Origin: an uncultured bacterium
Lineage (GTDB): Bacteria; Bacteroidota; Rhodothermia; Rhodothermales; DASSAV01
Assembly: GCA_965365445.1 (NCBI GenBank)
Contig: CBDUBS010000003.1
Location: forward strand, 1-60,574
Length of the DNA stretch: 60,574 nucleotides
Direction: 5' to 3'
How positions within the stretch are numbered: position 1 is the first letter of the stretch; the number at the start of each line of letters is the position of its first letter. Below, piece after piece: positions 49,442 through 60,574 of this stretch. The position numbers and the translations under genes are program-made. The notes under the pieces are model-generated. The model was given only the letters and a program-made list of their open reading frames with translations. It had not been told where the DNA came from and searched no databases.

Positions 49442-51568
49442 ATGACGTTTCTGAATCCGCTCGTCTTGCTCGGGCTCGTGGCGGCCGCTATTCCGCTCAT
49501 CATTCACCTGTTCAATTTTCGCCGTCCGCGCAAGGTCGATTTCAGTTCGCTGACGTTTCTGAAGGAGCTGCAAAAAACCACCATGCAGCGAGTCAGGGTG
49601 CAGCAGTGGCTTCTGCTGTTGCTCAGGGCGCTGGCTATCGGGTGCCTGGCGCTGGCCTTCGCCCGACCGACGCTTACGGGAGACCTGGCGGGGGCGCTCG
49701 GCGGAAAGGCCCGCTCTTCGATCGGGCTCGTGATCGATAACTCCCTTTCCATGACCCACCGGGATGCCCACGGCGAATACCTCGCCCGAGCCCGCGAGAT
49801 CGCGGCGGGGGTGATCGGGCAGATGCAGCCCGGAGACGAGATCACCCTCATGACGACCGAAGAAACGACGCCGGGCGAGGCGGTTTTTTACGGCAGCACC
49901 GCCGCCGCCCTGGATGCCGTAAAGGAGATAGCCCCCCGGCCGGGCAGCATCTCGCTGTCGCGGGCGGTGCTGCGCGCCGCCGATGCACTCTCCGAAGCCG
50001 ATAACCTGAACCGGGAAATCTACCTCATTTCGGACATGCAGCGCACCGCCCTGGCGGATTCGTCCTCGGCCGGCCTACCTCGGGATGTTCGGGCGTATGT
50101 GCTGCCGGTGGGCGGGGCCAGGCAGGCCAACGTGGGCATAACCGAAGTGCGCATCACGAGCCGGATCGTAGAGGAAAACCGGCCCCTGCGGATGCAGGCC
50201 ACGCTGGTTAATTACGGGCCTGAACTCCTGGAGCAGTATGGAGCCAGCGTGTTTCTGGGGGGGCAACGGATGGCGCAGGCCGCCGCCGACCTGCCGCCGG
50301 GACAGCCGACCACCGTGTCGTTCGTACTCACCCCGGACCAGCGCGGGTGGCTCTCGGGGGCCGTCCGACTCGAAGACGATGCTTTCGAGTTCGACAACAC
50401 GCGGTTCTTTACGCTCCACGTTCCCGAGCAACGCAAACTGCTTCTCATAGCCGGAGAAGGACAACGCCTGGATTACCTCTCGCTTGCCCTTACGAGCGGC
50501 CTGTCGGGCGATCGGTCGGCCTTCGAGGTAGATACCGTACCGGAAAACGGCTTTACTTCGCGGGCCATCGACGGGTACGACGCCGTCATTCTGGCCGGAC
50601 CGAACCACCTCACGGGCGCCGAGATCGAGGCGCTGGCCCGCTATGTCGAGCAGGGGGGTGGCTTGCTATTCTTTCCGAGCCGCAGGGCGCGCACGGAAGA
50701 TTATTCGGCCTTGTTCCGGCAGATCGGCGGCGGCGCGTGGCAGGGGTTCACCGGAGACGCCGCCGGCCCTCCGATGGCATCGTTCGCCCGGGTGGATTAC
50801 GAGCATCCGCTGCTGGAAGGCGTCTTTGAAGGCGCGGCCGGACGCGGGCCTACCCTGGAGAGCCCTGATGTATATCAGGCGATGCAGTACATCCCGGCCG
50901 GTGGAAACGAACATACGGTAATCCAGCTTTCCAACGGGTTCCCGTTCCTGCAGGAAATCCGGCACGGCGAGGGGGTGGCTTTTCTGGTGGCGGTAGCTCC
51001 CGATCCGGACTGGAGCGATTTTCCGGTGCGCGGATTATTCATCCCGCTGCTGTACCGCTCCGTATACTACCTCTCCTCTTCCGAATCGGTGTCGGGCGAG
51101 CAACTGCTTGCCGGTCGGAGTGGCGAAATCCGCATCCCGGGGGTGGCCGGCCGCACGACGCTGCGGCTCATCTCGCCGCAGGGGGTGGAAATCACGCCCG
51201 AGCAACGCACGCTTTTCGGAGCGACCCTGCTTCAGATAGACGCTTCGGTGGAGACGCCCGGGGTGTACGACGTACGGGCGGATGATCGCCTGGTTCGGCG
51301 TATCGCTTTGAATATGGATAGCGGCGAATCGGACCCGAAGGTATATGACCTGCGGGAAGCCGCCCGGCGGCTTTCGGAAACGACAGGGCTGGAAGTGGAC
51401 CCTATCGAAACCCCGAGCGGACCCTCCGCGGCGGAAACCGTAGAGGCCATTCGGCAGAAGCGAATGGGCGTCGAAATCTGGAACGTCTTTCTACTCATGG
51501 CGTTGATTTTTATGCTCGCCGAGATGCTCGTCGCCCGCCGATGGAAACCGGAGGCGGTAGCCGTTTGA
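49442..51568 (+). CDS. BatA/vWA domain membrane-anchored protein
   Basis: MTFLNP...IPLIIHL...LAFARP (BatA), DNSLS MIDAS, ISD; C-terminal TM. Confidence 0.88.
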   Translation: MTFLNPLVLLGLVAAAIPLIIHLFNFRRPRKVDFSSLTFLKELQKTTMQRVRVQQWLLLLLRALAIGCLALAFARPTLTGDLAGALGGKARSSIGLVIDNSLSMTHRDAHGEYLARAREIAAGVIGQMQPGDEITLMTTEETTPGEAVFYGSTAAALDAVKEIAPRPGSISLSRAVLRAADALSEADNLNREIYLISDMQRTALADSSSAGLPRDVRAYVLPVGGARQANVGITEVRITSRIVEENRPLRMQATLVNYGPELLEQYGASVFLGGQRMAQAAADLPPGQPTTVSFVLTPDQRGWLSGAVRLEDDAFEFDNTRFFTLHVPEQRKLLLIAGEGQRLDYLSLALTSGLSGDRSAFEVDTVPENGFTSRAIDGYDAVILAGPNHLTGAEIEALARYVEQGGGLLFFPSRRARTEDYSALFRQIGGGAWQGFTGDAAGPPMASFARVDYEHPLLEGVFEGAAGRGPTLESPDVYQAMQYIPAGGNEHTVIQLSNGFPFLQEIRHGEGVAFLVAVAPDPDWSDFPVRGLFIPLLYRSVYYLSSSESVSGEQLLAGRSGEIRIPGVAGRTTLRLISPQGVEITPEQRTLFGATLLQIDASVETPGVYDVRADDRLVRRIALNMDSGESDPKVYDLREAARRLSETTGLEVDPIETPSGPSAAETVEAIRQKRMGVEIWNVFLLMALIFMLAEMLVARRWKPEAVAV

Positions 51569-51617
51569 ACAGGGCCGGGAAAGCATCTCATTCTTGTGCT
51601 GCATGTGTTTTTGCTTC

Positions 51618-52196
51618 ATGATTCCGTTTGCCGACCTCTTTTTGAGCATTCACCTGGTCCTCTTGCTGGGGTTCATCGGGGTGACGTCGGTGCTGATGCT
51701 GGTAACCCTGACCAACCGGCTCCGGCTCCGCCGGGTAGCGCTTACATGGCGTGCCGGGCCGTGGCGCGGTTTGCCGGTATGGCCGGTTCTTTTCCTCCTC
51801 GCGATTCTCGGACTGCTTCTCGCGGCGGTTACCGCCGGGCGGCCCGTCGATGAAAGCATCTTCCTGGGCTATTTCCTCGGAGGGCTCTTCTGGCTCGTTT
51901 CCGCCGTCTACTCCACCTCCGTCGTCGTGACGGATTATGGCGTCGTTACGAATGTCAACTATGCCGAGCAAGCCGTAGCATGGGGTCAGATCGTGGATTA
52001 TTTTTCCTTTTCCAGCCCGGGGCGGGAAGGATACGTGTTCATTTATGTGGATGCCGGAGGGTCGCGCCACCGTCTGGAACTCATCGTTCCGCCGGAGCAA
52101 CACAAACGGTTTCAGGCCATCATGTCCTCCCGGCTGGATGCCCGTTTCGAGTATACCTATCAGCAACTCTACGGCAAGGAAGCGCTTGAAGGCTAA
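51618..52196 (+). CDS. Hypothetical membrane protein
   Basis: Three TM segments plus a soluble tail. Confidence 0.7.
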   Translation: MIPFADLFLSIHLVLLLGFIGVTSVLMLVTLTNRLRLRRVALTWRAGPWRGLPVWPVLFLLAILGLLLAAVTAGRPVDESIFLGYFLGGLFWLVSAVYSTSVVVTDYGVVTNVNYAEQAVAWGQIVDYFSFSSPGREGYVFIYVDAGGSRHRLELIVPPEQHKRFQAIMSSRLDARFEYTYQQLYGKEALEG

Positions 52197-52316
52197 TTTC
52201 TGCGGAACCCTCGGGGTTGCCTCTCTCCTCCGCTCGCATCTGCCTGCCTATGCTCCACCAACCGTGGCCTTACGGTACGGTTTATGCTCTGACGAATAGG
52301 TAAGATATGCGCCGTA

Positions 52317-52346
52317 TTGTCAGTCGAATCAACTAGTCGTTACACT
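52317..52346 (+). promoter_or_regulatory. Putative hflX promoter
   Basis: TTGTCA-18bp-TACACT just upstream of the TTG start. Confidence 0.4.
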
Positions 52347-52360
52347 ACTCCGCTCAGCCT

Positions 52361-53686
52361 TTGTATCCAACCCAACAGCCCGTTAGCGAGTCGGCCATTC
52401 TGGTCGGCGTCATCACACCGGAAGTATCCCGGTGGGACGCAGAAGACTCTCTCGATGAACTCGCGTTACTGGCCGATACGGCCGGCGCTCATGTTACAGA
52501 CCGGCTCACGCAGTCGCTTCCCCATGCCGTAGCGGCTACCTACCTCGGAAAGGGGAAAGTAAACGAGCTCAAGCAGCTCGTCGGTATGCGCGGCACCGAT
52601 GTGGTCATTTTCGATACGGACCTCACGCCCATCCAGCTGCGCAACCTCGAGCGAGAGCTCGGGTGCAAGCTGGTGGACCGTACCGGCTTGATCCTGGACA
52701 TCTTTGCCCGCCGGGCAAAAACGGCTACCGCGAAAACACAGGTCGAACTGGCCCAACTGGATTATCTGCGTACCCGCCTGACCCGGCAATGGACGCACCT
52801 CTCCCGGCAGAAAGGGGGTATCGGAACGAAAGGGCCCGGCGAAACGCAGATCGAAACCGACCGGCGGCTCATCGGGGCGCGCATCGCCTCGCTGCGCGAA
52901 CGCCTGGACCGGATCGACCGGCAACGGGTGACGCAACGCAAAGGACGCTCCGAGTTTACCCGCGTATCGCTGGTCGGCTATACCAACGCCGGTAAATCCA
53001 CGCTGATGAACGCACTGGCCGGCACCAGCGTACTGGCGGAAAACAGGCTCTTCGCCACACTCGATGCCACCACGCGCCTCGTCGCGCTCACACAGAACAA
53101 GCGTATCCTGCTCTCCGACACGGTCGGGTTCATCCGGAAGCTTCCTCACCGGCTCATCGAGAGCTTCAAGAGCACCCTGGATGAAGTCCGCGAAAGCGAT
53201 GTGTTGGTGTACGTCGTCGATGTAACCCATCCGTCCTTCGAGCAGCACATCGAAGTGCTCCGGGAAACCTTGAACGAACTGGGAGCGCAGGATAAACCGC
53301 TTCTGTACGTGTTCAATAAAATAGACGCCCTCCAGGAGCCGGCGTTGCTGGCCTCCATCCATGAGGAGTACGCGGACGCGGCCTTCGTATCGGCCGCCCG
53401 GGGCATCGGGCTGGAAGACCTGAAGGCAAGGCTGCTCGAAGTCATCGAACGGGATTTCGTGGAACGGGTGGCCTACGTACCCGTCAGCGAGCCCCGGGCC
53501 ATCGCGCACATCCACCGCGTCGCGGATGTGCTTTCCGAGGAATATGTGCTGGCGAAAAACGGGGAGGAGGGCAAAAACGCCGAGCCCGTGGCCCGCCTGC
53601 ACTTCCGCACCGCAAGGAAAAACGAGAAGGACCTGTCGCACTTGCTCGCCCGGTATGCCGGGATCACCCCGGTAGGTCCCGGTTGA
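52361..53686 (+). CDS. hflX: GTPase HflX
   Basis: GPGETQIETDRR, GYTNAGKS, LFATLD, DTVGF, NKID. Confidence 0.96.
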   Translation: MYPTQQPVSESAILVGVITPEVSRWDAEDSLDELALLADTAGAHVTDRLTQSLPHAVAATYLGKGKVNELKQLVGMRGTDVVIFDTDLTPIQLRNLERELGCKLVDRTGLILDIFARRAKTATAKTQVELAQLDYLRTRLTRQWTHLSRQKGGIGTKGPGETQIETDRRLIGARIASLRERLDRIDRQRVTQRKGRSEFTRVSLVGYTNAGKSTLMNALAGTSVLAENRLFATLDATTRLVALTQNKRILLSDTVGFIRKLPHRLIESFKSTLDEVRESDVLVYVVDVTHPSFEQHIEVLRETLNELGAQDKPLLYVFNKIDALQEPALLASIHEEYADAAFVSAARGIGLEDLKARLLEVIERDFVERVAYVPVSEPRAIAHIHRVADVLSEEYVLAKNGEEGKNAEPVARLHFRTARKNEKDLSHLLARYAGITPVGPG

Positions 53687-53896
53687 GGTACGAAAGAGTG
53701 CCTTGAGACGTAACGGGATATTTGCTAAATACCGACGGGTACCGCCCTCCGGATTGGCCTGTCGGGCGTTATCGAAATTACGGAGCACCGCCTCCGGAGC
53801 CCCATACCGGCACGAGGATTGCCCCGTAGTATATCAGCATACGGCGGGAGGTAAAGGGGCCTTTTGCCATGTTGGCCATCGGGACAAGGACTATAT

Positions 53897-54562
53897 ATGA
53901 CAGTAGATAAATTAATCAGCCTGGCGACCCCTCCTCTCAAGCCCAGCGATACCGTAGAGCACGCGCTCGGCTTGATGATGGAGCTGCGTGTGCGCCACCT
54001 ACCGGTCGTCGATGATACGGGCGCCCTCGTGGGCCTGATATCGGAGGAACAACTGCTCGACGCCTTCAGCCCGGAGGTCGAGTTGACTCTCTTGATTCAT
54101 ACCCGCCCGTTGAGCGCCCGTCCGGATCATCACGTATTCGACGTAACGAAAAGTATGGTCCAGTTCGACCTGACGACGCTGCCCATAGCGGACGATGAAG
54201 GGCATTACGTCGGCCTGGTCAAACGCCACGACATCTTCGATCAGTTTGCCCGGATGCTTTCCACGCAAGAAACCGGGGCCATTCTTGCCCTGGAGATCGA
54301 GCCGAGAGACTACTCACTGGCCCGGCTGGTTCATACCATCGAGCAAAACGACGTAAAGGTGCTCTCCATTGCTTCGGAGCCGCCCGATTCGCCGGATGGA
54401 AAAATCCGGCTCACGCTCAAGCTGAACGTGACGGATGCCACCCGCGTGCGGCACATGCTCGAACACTACGGCTACCGGGTGGTGGCTTCGTTCGGGGAAA
54501 GCGAGGACGAGGAGGATTTGCTGCACCGGGTTCAGGAGTTCATGCGCTATCTCGAAGTGTGA
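53897..54562 (+). CDS. CBS domain protein (AcuB-like)
   Basis: RHLPVVD and TLPIAD CBS pair plus ACT-like tail. Confidence 0.88.
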   Translation: MTVDKLISLATPPLKPSDTVEHALGLMMELRVRHLPVVDDTGALVGLISEEQLLDAFSPEVELTLLIHTRPLSARPDHHVFDVTKSMVQFDLTTLPIADDEGHYVGLVKRHDIFDQFARMLSTQETGAILALEIEPRDYSLARLVHTIEQNDVKVLSIASEPPDSPDGKIRLTLKLNVTDATRVRHMLEHYGYRVVASFGESEDEEDLLHRVQEFMRYLEV

Positions 54563-54634
54563 ACCCTTCGCCGGGCCCTGCGGCCGGTTTCGCAAGGGGA
54601 CGCAGGGGCGCCCCCTTTTTCATGGACCCCCCGG

Positions 54635-55138
54635 ATGACTCGGTACATGGGGCAAGAACATGCATCCACCAGCGTGCTCCAGTCGCTGGTGCTGATTTCG
54701 ACGCTCTCGACGGCGGTAGACGTCGTACACTCCGTCCATGAGCGACGGGCCGGAAGGGATCCGTCGGGACAGGAGCCGGACGATGCGGCCCGGCAATTTC
54801 TCCGGGAGGCTTCCGCCGAACTGGATGATCTGTTGATGCGCCTCGTCGTTCGGGCGGGATACGCATCCGACGAGGAGGACCCGTCTGCATCGACCGTGCG
54901 GGCCTTCGATGGGTTGATGACCCTGCATCGCACCGCCAACATCCTCCATGAAATGCATCAGCGGTTGCTCAGCCTGTACCCTTCGGTGGCCGAGTCGCTT
55001 CTGGAGGAGGTGCGGAGCCTCGAGGCCGTGGTACGGCGCCTCGTACGGGGGGCGGGGGCCGACGAGCCGGATTCGGCCTTCGCGGTGGAGTCCGCCTTCC
55101 GGTTCAACAGGCGTATCCGGTTTGAAGTCCTCGCCTGA
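54635..55138 (+). CDS. Hypothetical protein (helical)
   Basis: 167-aa ORF co-oriented between the CBS gene and gyrB. Confidence 0.65.
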   Translation: MTRYMGQEHASTSVLQSLVLISTLSTAVDVVHSVHERRAGRDPSGQEPDDAARQFLREASAELDDLLMRLVVRAGYASDEEDPSASTVRAFDGLMTLHRTANILHEMHQRLLSLYPSVAESLLEEVRSLEAVVRRLVRGAGADEPDSAFAVESAFRFNRRIRFEVLA

Positions 55139-55310
55139 GCGCAAATCGCGCACATCTTTCTCGAATGATGAGCGCGCCGTAACGTATTTTCCTCCGGCGC
55201 GCAGCGAAGCGTATTTCCCCGCCGCATCCATGCCCGGAGGGCGCTCGCTAGAGAACCGTTTCCTTCGGTGCGCGTTGAATTTTTGTTTATAGATGGTTGT
55301 TTTCAGATAA

Positions 55311-57323
<2,013 letters not shown>

Positions 57324-57348
57324 ACGGGCGCGTCCGTATATACGGCAG

Positions 57349-58335
57349 GTGTATCCTTTCGAGGGAGACGGCCCACCCGGCCCCGACCTCAGCCTCGTGA
57401 TTCCCGTTTATGAGGAAGAAGATTCCCTGCCGGAACTGGCCGAAGGCATTCGCCGGCACACCGAAGGCGTCGGCCTGACCTTCGAGGTCTGGTTCGTAGA
57501 CGACGGCTCCACCGACCGCTCCTGGGAGGTCATCGGGCGCTTGCACGAAGCGGATCCCCGCTTCGGCGGCATACGCTTCCGCCGGAACTACGGCAAGTCG
57601 GCCGCGCTGGCCGTCGGGTTCGAGCGGGCCGCCGGCCGATACGTCATCACCATGGATTCCGATCTCCAGGACGATCCGGCGGAGATCCCTTCCCTGGTGG
57701 CCCTGCTCGAAGAAGGCAACGACCTGGTAAGCGGGTGGAAGCAAACCCGGCACGACCCCCTGAGCAAAACCATCCCGAGCCGGTTCTTCAATTCCGTCAC
57801 GCGGGCGCTCTCGGGCATTCCCCTGCACGACTTCAACTGCGGCCTGAAAGCCTACCGCTGCGAGGTAGTAAAAAGCGTAAGGGTGTACGGAGAGCTCCAT
57901 CGCTACATCCCGGTGCTCGCCCGCTGGGAAGGCTACCGGCGAATCGTGGAAAAGCCCGTCCGGCACCACGCCCGCAAATTCGGAAGGACGAAGTTCGGCT
58001 TCGAGCGCTTCGTGCGCGGCTTTCTGGACCTGATCAGCGTCATGTTCCTGACCCGCTTCGCCGTCCGGCCGATGCACTTTTTCGGCACGCTCGGCACGTT
58101 GGCCTTCCTGGGAGGCGTGTTCATCAACCTGTGGCTGACCATCGACAAGTACGTGCTCGGCAACCCCATCGGAAGCCGCCCGCTGCTGTTCCTGGGTATG
58201 CTCATGATTCTCTTCGGAGCGCAGATGTTCACGACCGGCTTGCTGGGAGAGATGATCATCCGGCCGAGCATGGAACAGACCTCCTCATACCAGATACGGG
58301 AGGTAATCGAACCTCCGATCCCGTCGGCCTCCTGA
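57349..58335 (+). CDS. GT2 polyprenol-phosphate glycosyltransferase (ArnC/GtrB-like)
   Basis: VDDGSTD, RNYGKS, MDSDLQD, HDFNCG; two C-terminal TMs; start uncertain. Confidence 0.9.
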   Translation: MYPFEGDGPPGPDLSLVIPVYEEEDSLPELAEGIRRHTEGVGLTFEVWFVDDGSTDRSWEVIGRLHEADPRFGGIRFRRNYGKSAALAVGFERAAGRYVITMDSDLQDDPAEIPSLVALLEEGNDLVSGWKQTRHDPLSKTIPSRFFNSVTRALSGIPLHDFNCGLKAYRCEVVKSVRVYGELHRYIPVLARWEGYRRIVEKPVRHHARKFGRTKFGFERFVRGFLDLISVMFLTRFAVRPMHFFGTLGTLAFLGGVFINLWLTIDKYVLGNPIGSRPLLFLGMLMILFGAQMFTTGLLGEMIIRPSMEQTSSYQIREVIEPPIPSAS

Positions 58336-58361
58336 CCGGGCGGACCCATCCCGTGGCATTC

Positions 58362-59543
58362 ATGCGCAACGGCTCCCGCCTATCCCTCGTCGTCGTGGGT
58401 CCTTCCTATCCCTACCGGGGCGGCATAGCCCATTTCACCGACAGGCTCGTAACGGGCTTGCGCGGCAGGGGCCACCGGGTGGATGTGGTAACGTTCAAAC
58501 GGCAGTACCCTTCGCTGCTGTTTCCCGGCGAGTCGCAGTTCGAACCCGGCTCCGAGACGGCGCCGACGGATGCGAGCCGCCTCATCGACACGCTCAACCC
58601 GCTTACCTGGATACGCACGGCCCGGCGCATAGCCCGCCTGAAACCCGATGCGGTGCTGTTCGGCTACTGGATGCCCTTCATGGCGCCGGCCTTTGGCGTC
58701 ATGGCCCGGTTGGTGCGGCGCGCCGGTATCCCGGTGCTGGTGCTGGCGCACAACGTCCTCCCCCATGAGCGCCACCGCGGCGACCTCTGGCTGAACCGGT
58801 TTTTCCTGAAAGCCGGAGGGGGGTTCGTCGTCATGTCGGATACGGTCCGGCGGGATCTGACCCGTGTGGGGGTGCAGGGCCCGGTAGAACGGGTGGCGCA
58901 CCCGGTATACGATACCTTCGGTCCTGCGATGGACCGTGATGGAGCCCGCCGTCGCCTTGATTTACCCCCGGATGCCCGGGTGCTCCTCTTTTTCGGCCTC
59001 ATCCGCAAATACAAGGGGCTTCACGTCCTGCTGCACGCCATGCCCGCTATCCTGGCGCGCCTCCCGGACGTCCACCTCGTCGTGGCGGGGGAGTTTTACG
59101 ACGATGCCGAGGCGTACAGGGACCAAATCCAGTCTCTGGAGATCGGGAGTCGGGTGCATATCCATGCCGGGTATGTACCGAACGAAGAAGTAGCCGTATT
59201 CTTCAGCGCCGCCGATCTTGTCGTGCAGCCGTACCTGTCCGCCACGCAGAGCGGCGTAGCCCAGATCGCGTTCCATTACGATCGCCCCGTCGTCGTGACG
59301 GATGTAGGCGGGCTCGGAGAAAGCGTTCCGGATGGGCGCGCCGGTTTCGTGACGCCGCCGAACGACCCGGATGCGTTGGCCGCCGCCATCCTGCAGTTCT
59401 TCGAAAACGACCTCGCCGCCCCCTTTACCGCCGGAGTGCAGGAAGAAAAGAAAAAATTCAGCTGGGATCGCGTGTACGAAGCCGTCGAACGCCTGGCCGA
59501 TCCACCATCCCCCGATAATCGGAGCAGGCCCCATGCAGTATGA
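58362..59543 (+). CDS. Glycosyltransferase family 4
   Basis: PYRGGIA, FFGLIRKYKG, PYLSATQSG. Confidence 0.9.
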   Translation: MRNGSRLSLVVVGPSYPYRGGIAHFTDRLVTGLRGRGHRVDVVTFKRQYPSLLFPGESQFEPGSETAPTDASRLIDTLNPLTWIRTARRIARLKPDAVLFGYWMPFMAPAFGVMARLVRRAGIPVLVLAHNVLPHERHRGDLWLNRFFLKAGGGFVVMSDTVRRDLTRVGVQGPVERVAHPVYDTFGPAMDRDGARRRLDLPPDARVLLFFGLIRKYKGLHVLLHAMPAILARLPDVHLVVAGEFYDDAEAYRDQIQSLEIGSRVHIHAGYVPNEEVAVFFSAADLVVQPYLSATQSGVAQIAFHYDRPVVVTDVGGLGESVPDGRAGFVTPPNDPDALAAAILQFFENDLAAPFTAGVQEEKKKFSWDRVYEAVERLADPPSPDNRSRPHAV

Positions 59544-60354
59544 CCCGGTAAAAGATTACCTCGGCGGATTCTTCAGCCGCCGCCCCGTTCTCCAGCGCGT
59601 GTTCTATCGTTTACTCGACGTGTTCTTTTTGCGCGCCTGGTACGTGCAGCGGGAACTCCGTCGCCTCATCGAGCGCCTGCCGAAAGATCGCCCCCTCGAC
59701 GTACTCGATGCCGGTACTGGCTTCGGCCAGTACGCCTACTTTATCGCCCGCTCCTTTCCCCATGCGCGCATCCTGGCCGTGGACATCAAACAGGACTACC
59801 TCGACAACGCCCGCCGCTTTTTCGAGCGCACGCCGCTGCGGGGCAGGGTGCAGTTTGCCAACGAGGACCTCACCCGCCTTCAGGCCGAAGGTCCGTTCGA
59901 CCTCATTCTGTCGGTGGACGTAATGGAACACATCGAGGACGACCGGGCCGTTTTCCGCAACTTCGCACGGGTTCTCCGGCCGGGCGGCTACGTCGTCATC
60001 AACACCCCATCCGATCAGGGCGGCTCGGACGTCGGGGCGGAAGGGCAGGAAAGCTTCATCGGCGAGCACGTCCGGGACGGATACAACCTCCACGAACTCC
60101 GGGAAAAGCTGGAGGAAGCCGGTCTGCAACCTGTCCGTAGCCTGTACACCTACGGGCGCTACGGCTCTCTGGCCTGGCGGATGCTCATCAAAACCCCCAT
60201 CCGCCTCCTCGACCGGAGCCGGGCGGCCGCATTGCTTCTGCCCTTCTACTACCTCCCCGTTTTCCCGGTAGGTTACGCCCTCAATGCGGCCGACCTGCGG
60301 CAAACCAACCCCACCGGCACCGGCCTGCTAGTCGTGGCCCGAAAACCGGAGTGA
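59533..60354 (+). CDS. Class I SAM-dependent methyltransferase
   Basis: VLDAGTGFG, DVMEHIEDD, LRPGG. Confidence 0.9.
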   Translation: MQYDPVKDYLGGFFSRRPVLQRVFYRLLDVFFLRAWYVQRELRRLIERLPKDRPLDVLDAGTGFGQYAYFIARSFPHARILAVDIKQDYLDNARRFFERTPLRGRVQFANEDLTRLQAEGPFDLILSVDVMEHIEDDRAVFRNFARVLRPGGYVVINTPSDQGGSDVGAEGQESFIGEHVRDGYNLHELREKLEEAGLQPVRSLYTYGRYGSLAWRMLIKTPIRLLDRSRAAALLLPFYYLPVFPVGYALNAADLRQTNPTGTGLLVVARKPE

Positions 60355-60515
60355 AAGTATCGATGCCGTATGCAGTTCAACGCTTTTGACTGCATAAACT
60401 CAGCGGAACGATCGGGCCTTAAGCCTGATGACGGTAGATAGCGCTTTGGATCAGTTGAACGCCAATGATTGCAAGCCCGAGGCCCTCTCGCGATGGCAGG
60501 TAGGGGACCGGCCTG

Positions 60516-60574
60516 TCACTTCAGCAACACCATGCGGCCGGTGCGGGTATAGCCGCCCGCCGTAAGCCGGTAGA
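60516..60574 (-). CDS. 3' end of a T9SS type A sorting-domain protein (partial)
   Basis: Minus strand reads YRLTAGGYTRTGRMVLLK*, a typical Por-secretion C-terminal tail. Confidence 0.7.
   Translation of the reverse strand, partial: YRLTAGGYTRTGRMVLLK

Noticed and set aside
60361-60470. Hammerhead ribozyme or fluoride riboswitch suggested by CTGATGA
   Set aside because: No GAAA core after a stem II, no fluoride P1 stem, and no downstream co-oriented gene.

Overview
High-GC bacterial chromosome segment, probably Rhodothermota/Bacteroidota-like (a T9SS C-terminal sorting tail, a Bacteroidota-type TonB receptor and UvrA; taxonomy is inference). It is probably origin-proximal: two perfect parS palindromes, the rpmH-rnpA-yidC-mnmE-mnmG-rsmG cluster, recF and gyrB are present, but dnaA, dnaN and parAB are not in the window. 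Housekeeping content includes a porin-pstSCAB-phoU operon, tetR/acyl-CoA ligase, a GH13 glucosidase, proBA, a WYL regulator, mfd, murQ, uvrA, hflX and two glycosyltransferase clusters, one with an MMPL exporter and DUF3047. The most unusual part is 18.2-21.3 kb. It is an integrase-less mini-island at tRNA-Val(TAC) made of two toxin-antitoxin cassettes (DUF4258-DUF2283-HTH and MNT-HepT). Each cassette is followed, in its direction of transcription, by an identical 253-bp repeat: a tRNA-Val 3' part with a 5-nt anticodon deletion, a terminator, and the proA 3' end. Family calls come from motif recognition by eye; no database searches were run.
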